64,000 nt of DNA from Tubulanus polymorphus (Eukaryota; Animalia; Nemertea). The translations under genes and the position numbers were made by a program. Below the pieces are notes generated by a model, which was given only the letters and a program-made list of their open reading frames with translations, ran no database searches and was not told where the DNA came from. This document shows positions 57,908-64,000 of the stretch, one piece after another. The stretch lies in assembly GCF_964204645.1 (NCBI RefSeq), contig NC_134036.1, forward strand, positions 10,705,859 through 10,769,858, written 5' to 3'. Numbering within the stretch: the first letter of the stretch is position 1; every line of letters starts with the position of its first letter.

Positions 57908-60900
57908 ATGCATCGGCAAGAGAGTAAAAAGTTTTCGATGAAAACCGATGTGTTTAAAGCAACCCTCAACATGCCCGATGACGACGAACCATCGAACGAT
58001 ACTCAGGATGACCAACCGCCTGAGATTAGTACACTCATTCGTAATTCAATAAATACAATCATGGAGGGAATCTTCGAGATGATGGGTGCCACTGATCGCG
58101 ATCACATGAGGTTGTCAATCGAACATCCCGATTTAAACGGCAATATCAACTTTCCGCTGATGAATGTCAGGGAACTCTCTTTAGAGTTCATAGTAGATAC
58201 GATCGGAAAGGTGTTGCAATCGCATGAATCGTTGGATGTGAATGGAATAATTTTCCATTGCATTTTTATTAGACTACCCGAAGGCGGTGGTTATAAGAAA
58301 CGCGTTAGCGTGAATCTAGAAAATTTCACGAAAACGAAACGATCGATTGTACGCATTATCAACCCCGACGACGAGATATGTCTGGCGAGGGCACTCGTAG
58401 TAGGTAAAGCGCTAGCCGACAATAACCCCGCATACGACCAATTGAGACATCCAGAAAAGTGCGCTCAACAAACAGCTGCTATACAATTACACCATGAGGC
58501 CAACGTTCCAGTCGGTCTTTGTGGTTTAGGTGAGCTAGATAAATTTTGCAAAACCGTTTTGAAACAATACCACGTGATTGTTGTCACCGGTGATAACGTC
58601 AGTTACAGATATCTTTATGAAAACGGGAAACCCGATTGTGAACGACATATTATTCTTTTATATTCCGATAACCACTTCGACGTTATCAAATCGATGACAG
58701 CATTCACGTGTAAATCGTACTACTGTTTTAAATGTAGAAGAGGATTCAAATCGTTGGAAAACGACAAATGTAAAAACATTTGTTCTTTATGTTTAGGTAT
58801 AGATTGCGTTAAGCAACCCGGTGTATTCTATTGCGCTAGGTGCCGCATATATTTCAAAAACGAGTCGTGTTTCCTTCAGCACACGACTCGCAAAAATAAA
58901 TTCGGTTCGGTAATGTGCGATCGAAAAGCACGTTGTCCCGGTGTATTCTATTGCGCTAGGTGCCGCATATATTTCAAAAACGAGTCGTGTTTCCTTCAGC
59001 ACACGACTCGCAAAAATAAATTCGGTTCGGTAATGTGCGATCGAAAAGCACGTTGTCTCAGTTGTAAAAAAATTGTCGCACGAAATCAATTAGACGATCA
59101 TAATTGCGGGTTGAACTTTTGCAAATCGTGCGGTAAAGATATGCCCCTCGATCACCTCTGTTACATGCAACTGGTCACAAAAAAGTCTAACGACGACGAC
59201 GACGATGAAAAGGTCGCCGAAAAATCCACCGAATTCGTCTTGGAAAAAAAATTAATATCGTTTGACTTCGAGACGATGACGGTGGATGGTACGCACAGAG
59301 TTATTTTGGCGTTTGCGCACCGTACGTGCGGTACTTGTGCTTTGACCAAAAGAACCGCCGATTCGACATGTAGCGATTGTGGGAAAAACGAGCACATATT
59401 TACCAGCGATACCTCGTTCTGCGAATGGTTATTTTCAGAAGAGAACCGAGGGTCGCTGGTGTTTGCCCACAATTTCATGTCATTCGACGGTTACTTTGTG
59501 TTAAGGTTTCTAGTGAATCAGGGCATTTTACCCGAAGTTATCCCTAATGGCGGTAAAATCATGTCCATGTACGTGAAGCATTTGAATATGCAATTTTTAG
59601 ATACATTAAACTTTTTACCCATGAAATTGGCAAAATTACCATCGACGTTGGGGTTAATTGAATTAAAAAAGGGGTATTTTCCCTATCTCTTCTGCCGGGA
59701 GGAAACTTTGAATTATTCCGGTCCGGTACCCGAATCAAAATATTATAACCCCGACGGAATGAGCGAGAACGATCGACAGCAATTTCTCAAATGGCACGCC
59801 GAACAGCTTGAAAAACATTTCGATATGCAAACCGAGCTAGTCGAGTATTGCCGCTCGGATGTCGATATTCTGATGCAATCCGTAGTCAAATTCCAAGAGC
59901 TATTCTATAGTATTACGAGTGTCGACCCATTCGACGGTTGCATCACGATCGCCGCAGCGTGCAATCTCGCACTCAGATCGCGTTTTTTAAAACCCGACAC
60001 GATTGGTCTCATACCACCGGGTGGATATAAACCAAACGCAAAGTATTCAAAAATGGCTGTTCGGTGGTTGAAATGGTTGGCGGTGGAAAAAAATTTGGAT
60101 ATCAAACACGTTTTGAACGGGGGTGAAGTAACACTCGGTAAATTTAAGGTAGACGGCTTCCACGAAAAAACACGCACCGTCTACGGGTTTAACGGGTGTT
60201 ACTTTCACGGTTGCCCCGAATGCTTCCCGGTTAGAGGTGACCCGGTAGCTTGTAACAGAGGTGGTCGTACGTTTGACGACGTGTATCAGGCTACGTTACG
60301 TCGTAAGCACGAGTTGGAAACAATGGGTTATACTGTTGTGCAAATGTGGGAACACGATTACAACCGTAAGATTCGTGACGACGTAAATTTTAAGTCTTTT
60401 GTGGAACGTGTAACTGTTTTCGACCCCCTCGAACCTAGAAAATGTTTCTACGGGGGTCGAACTAACGCCATAAAGCTTCATCATAAAATCGTCGACGATG
60501 AAAAAATCAGCTACATCGACATTTGCTCTTTATACCCGTACGTGAATAGTCGATGTAGCTACCCGATTGGGCACCCAGATGTTATCACTGAAAATTTCAG
60601 CAGCGATATATCTGAATATTACGGTCTAATCAAATGCTCAATTTTACCACCCCGGGGTTTATTTCTGCCCGTATTACCATACAGGTCCGGTGGTAAATTG
60701 ACGTTCCCACTTTGCGCAACATGCGCCAACACGTGTAACCAACACGACGTATGCACGCATAACGAAACGGAGCGCGTTCTTGGTTACGCTAGAGGTGGAG
60801 AAAGCCATAAGTTTGGGTTATAAAATCATTCAAATTCATGACGTCTGGCATTGGAACTCACATGCAACGGGCCTGTTCAAAGATTACATTAATCAATTTC

Positions 60901-61784
60901 TTAAAGTGAAAACCGAAGCCAGTGGGTGGCCGCGCGATAATATGTCAGAGGCTGAAAGAGATAAATTCATAGATGATTACAAATTTCGGGAGGGGGTTCA
61001 TTTGGAAAAAGAGAAAATCAAAAAGATTAGTGGCCTTCGAACTGTCGCGAAGTTATGTCTAAATTCAATGTGGGGGAAACTCGGGCAGAAACAAAATAAA
61101 ACTACATCGAAATATATTTCCGACCCGGGTGATTTGTTCGCCATGATAAACGACTCGTCGTTAGAGATCAGCGATGTGTTATTGTGCAACGACGGGATTG
61201 TACGCGTACACTATAAAAAGGTCGACGACGCTGTCGAAATGAGTTTGAGAACAAACGTTACTCTAGCCGCATTCACAACGGCGCATGCGCGGTTGATATT
61301 ATATATCTATATGGAAAAATTAGGGGATCGAACCCTATACTCAGATACGGATTCCATAATATACGTTCACAAACCGGGGGATAGGTGCCCCTCTACTGGA
61401 GTATTTTTAGGGGATATGACCGACGAGTTATCGGGGGATTATGGGGAGGGGGCCTATATCACAGAGTTTGTATCGGGAGGGCCAAAAAATTACTCGTTTA
61501 ATGTGTACTCGCCGCGGGATAAAAAGTATTCCACGGTATGTAAAGTTAAGGGGATATCGCTTAACCATAGAAATAATAAAATAATAAACTTTAATTCTAT
61601 GTTAGAAATGGTCGTCGACGGGAAATTTGATCATTTGTACGTTAATAACCCGAACAAAATTACTAGGCTAATAAAAACGTGCGACATTGTAAATAGAGAT
61701 GAACGAAAGATTTATCGTGCTGTATATACGAAACGTGCGTTTGTTCCGGGTACACCGCACATTACCGTTCCATTTGGTTTTTGA
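57908..61784 (+). pseudogene. Protein-primed DNA polymerase B, frameshifted at ~60780
   Basis: CLARAL..HFDVI N-terminal domain, FDFET, AHNF..FDG, KGYFPY, YCRSDV, YGGRT, DICSLYP, KLCLNSMWGK, YSDTDS, GPKNY, KVKG. Confidence 0.95.
58817..59056 (+). repeat. Perfect 120-bp in-frame tandem duplication within pPolB
   Basis: 58817-58936 = 58937-59056 (PGVFYCARC...KARC twice). Confidence 0.95.
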
Positions 61785-62274
61785 GAAAAAATGAGAAATT
61801 ATGAACGAAAACTGTTTTTTGTATATTTTACCCATATGGTTTGTATCGATTTCGTTTTATATCATTTACGCATAAAGAACAAATGTTTTTACATTTATCG
61901 TTTTCCAACGATTTGAAGTAAACAACATATTTTACCCGTATTGTTTGTATCAATTTTGTTTTATATCATTTACGACGTACATTAGATGTATTACCGTAGT
62001 AAGAATGATAACTTTTTTTTTTTGGTTGTATATTTGTAAAATCGGCAACTATGCTCTAATCCTCAAATTTCCGATGAGTGTTGTAAAATCCAGATATTCC
62101 GTTTTATATTCTTATTTCAATATATATCATATGTCACGATCCATATATATACCAGAAGAATGATGAATGAAAAGATGTTTATTCTATATTATTTTTATAC
62201 TTTTTATTACGTATTCATAAAGAGATCAATAAATTATACTTTTATTTTTACGCTTATACATATATGATTGTTTT

Positions 62275-63188
62275 TTACTTAAATGAAATATCGAAGTACT
62301 CAGGGCATTGCAGTATATCTGACGTGTCATCATCCGGACAAAATAAACATCGATCCTCCTGATTTTCGTGAAAACAGATTGACATTTCTTCTAGTTCCGG
62401 TGCATCGTGCTCGAAATTGATAGCTTCTAAATTTTGCCACTGCGCGAGAGACAACGTTATACCGGTACTGGTGGCTTTTGTTTCACCGACGACAACGTCT
62501 CTAGTATATTTTCTAATGTCAACGCAAATATGCCCTGAATGTAGTGAACGGTATATTTTTAAATAGTTATTTCGACCTAAGCTGAACATGCCTTTGTGTA
62601 AATGATTGTTTTTTACGGATAAGATATCATCCTCGATGGCTGCTTTTCGACGGTTTAGATTTATCCATTCCTCCAAATACAACGAAATTCCACACTTTGT
62701 AGGGAATAGTTTCATTTTACGATTACAATCGTGCAATCGTATGTCGATTCGTTTCTTCCCCTGCCACAATTTTACAGACGCATATACCCTCATTCCTATA
62801 TAGTGAGGATCCTGGTTGAAATTCGCCTTGTAGGTTTTACATTCTGTATTGGAGACTTGCCGTAATGACTGCGGTGTTAAAACATTGTCCGTAGCATTTT
62901 CATCGTGGAAGCCTGAAAAAGAAAACGAAATAATTATTATTAACAACGACTGTCATGAAAAGTGACCCCGCTACATGATATCCCCCCCTAAGTTAAAAGT
63001 ACAAAGATATTGAAAATTAAATTAAATCAAAAATTTAACGTACCACTAAAATCCAATTTTAGATTGGGGTATTTTCCTCTTCGTTCCTGTAAGTTAAGTT
63101 TTTGACGCTTTTTCGGTGCACACATATCATCGACTTCTACGATATGCAGAGACTGCAGAGAGAGATACGATGAACTAGTCGGCTCCAT
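62275..63188 (-). CDS. Tandem PC4 (p15 coactivator/ssDNA-binding) domain protein; exons 63188-63044 and 62912-62275
   Basis: Two repeats: IG..VYASVKLWQGKKRIDIR..PTKCGISL..EW and LG..YLKI..VDIRKY..ATSTGITL..QW. A GT-AG intron joins an upstream ATG exon containing PKKRQK in frame. Confidence 0.85.
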
Positions 63189-63335
63189 TTTAATATATTC
63201 CTTTGCGATCGTGACGATGTTTACCCCTTGATGGCTGGTAACTAAATGATAACTTTTCGACCTATGATGTAAATCTATTGCATAAATATTCTTGCCCGCA
63301 CTTGTTTTTGTGTCGTGGCAATGGTTTCACATATG

Positions 63336-63678
63336 TAACATTGTTTGAAATATATAACTGTCGTTATTTGGTATTGTTTAATCTATTCGAACGCGGATTA
63401 TCGCATGAGTAATCGGGTAACAGCTGGTGTAAGCATCCATCGAAATTTCAAAATCCGCCATCTTTGATCACGTGACCACAACCGCCATCTTGGATCGGGG
63501 TGCCATCTTTGATCACGTGACCACAGTCGCCATCTTGGATCGGGGCGCCATCTTTGATCACGTGACCACAGCCGCCATCTTGGACGGACGCCATCTTGGA
63601 TCACATGACAGCCGCCATCTTGGATTTAACCACAACCACAATTTAACCACGGGCCTATAGTAACCCACCATCACTACT
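63336..63678 (-). repeat. Polinton right TIR
   Basis: Reverse complement of 41413-41755. Confidence 0.95.
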
Positions 63679-63711
63679 CATACATACATACACTGCACGC
63701 AATGACTAAGG

Positions 63712-63969
63712 GTGAATTTTTCCTGTCATGTTTACTGTGATGATGTTAAAAAAATTCTACAATCGGAGACATCAAAAGCAGCAGTAGAACTGATAAAGAA
63801 AAAGCCGACGTCGTTGACTGCAGAGGAGTACTGCATTGTACGCAACTTCGTGTTGTTCGTGGTTACTGCGTTGGGAGCAAGCCGCCCTTCGCTAACCGTT
63901 GGCATTACCCCGAGCGCGATTAATGATGCGAAGAAAGATGTCGATAATACGTATACGATCAAGGTATAG
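63712..63969 (+). pseudogene. Continuation of the tyrosine-recombinase gene (first catalytic Arg region)
   Basis: VRNFVLFVVTALGASRPSLTVGIT...YTIKV resembles YR box I; the window ends before the remaining catalytic motifs. Confidence 0.5.
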
Positions 63970-64000
63970 CCCATTCATTGTTCAAAGTATCTGAACTATT

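Larger units (their letters stand above)
41413..63678 (+). mobile_element. Full-length Polinton/Maverick (about 16.4 kb after removing the Chapaev insertion)
   Basis: AGTAGT...ACTACT termini; 343-bp TIRs; 6-bp TSD CATACA (41407-41412 / 63679-63684); all core genes present. Confidence 0.96.

Overview
This window is eukaryotic, probably an invertebrate animal (inferred from the transposon repertoire and GT-AG introns). It is almost entirely nested mobile DNA and contains no recognisable conserved host gene. (1) A full-length but decaying Polinton/Maverick (41413-63678; 343-bp TIRs, CATACA TSD) carries pPolB, integrase, ATPase, protease, and major and minor capsid genes. It also carries an unusual accessory set: a TATA-binding protein, a tandem PC4 protein, C2H2 zinc fingers apparently spliced onto pPolB, RING proteins, and YY1/E-box arrays in the TIRs. 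(2) Two near-identical ~5.9-kb Chapaev-like DDE transposons lie in opposite orientation (1911-7814 and 47856-53765; 4-bp TSDs). Their transposase contains an embedded PHD-type finger, and the second copy interrupts the Polinton integrase. (3) A very AT-rich fragment of a second, unrelated Polinton-like virus (~25100-30300) has six genes that start with a fixed-spacing TAAT7-N6-TAAATG motif matching poxvirus late-promoter architecture. (4) The rest comprises a Sola2 element, remnants of CryptonV, Zisupton/KDZ, hAT and a second tyrosine-recombinase element, plus MITEs and satellites. All family calls come from motif recognition by eye; no searches were run.
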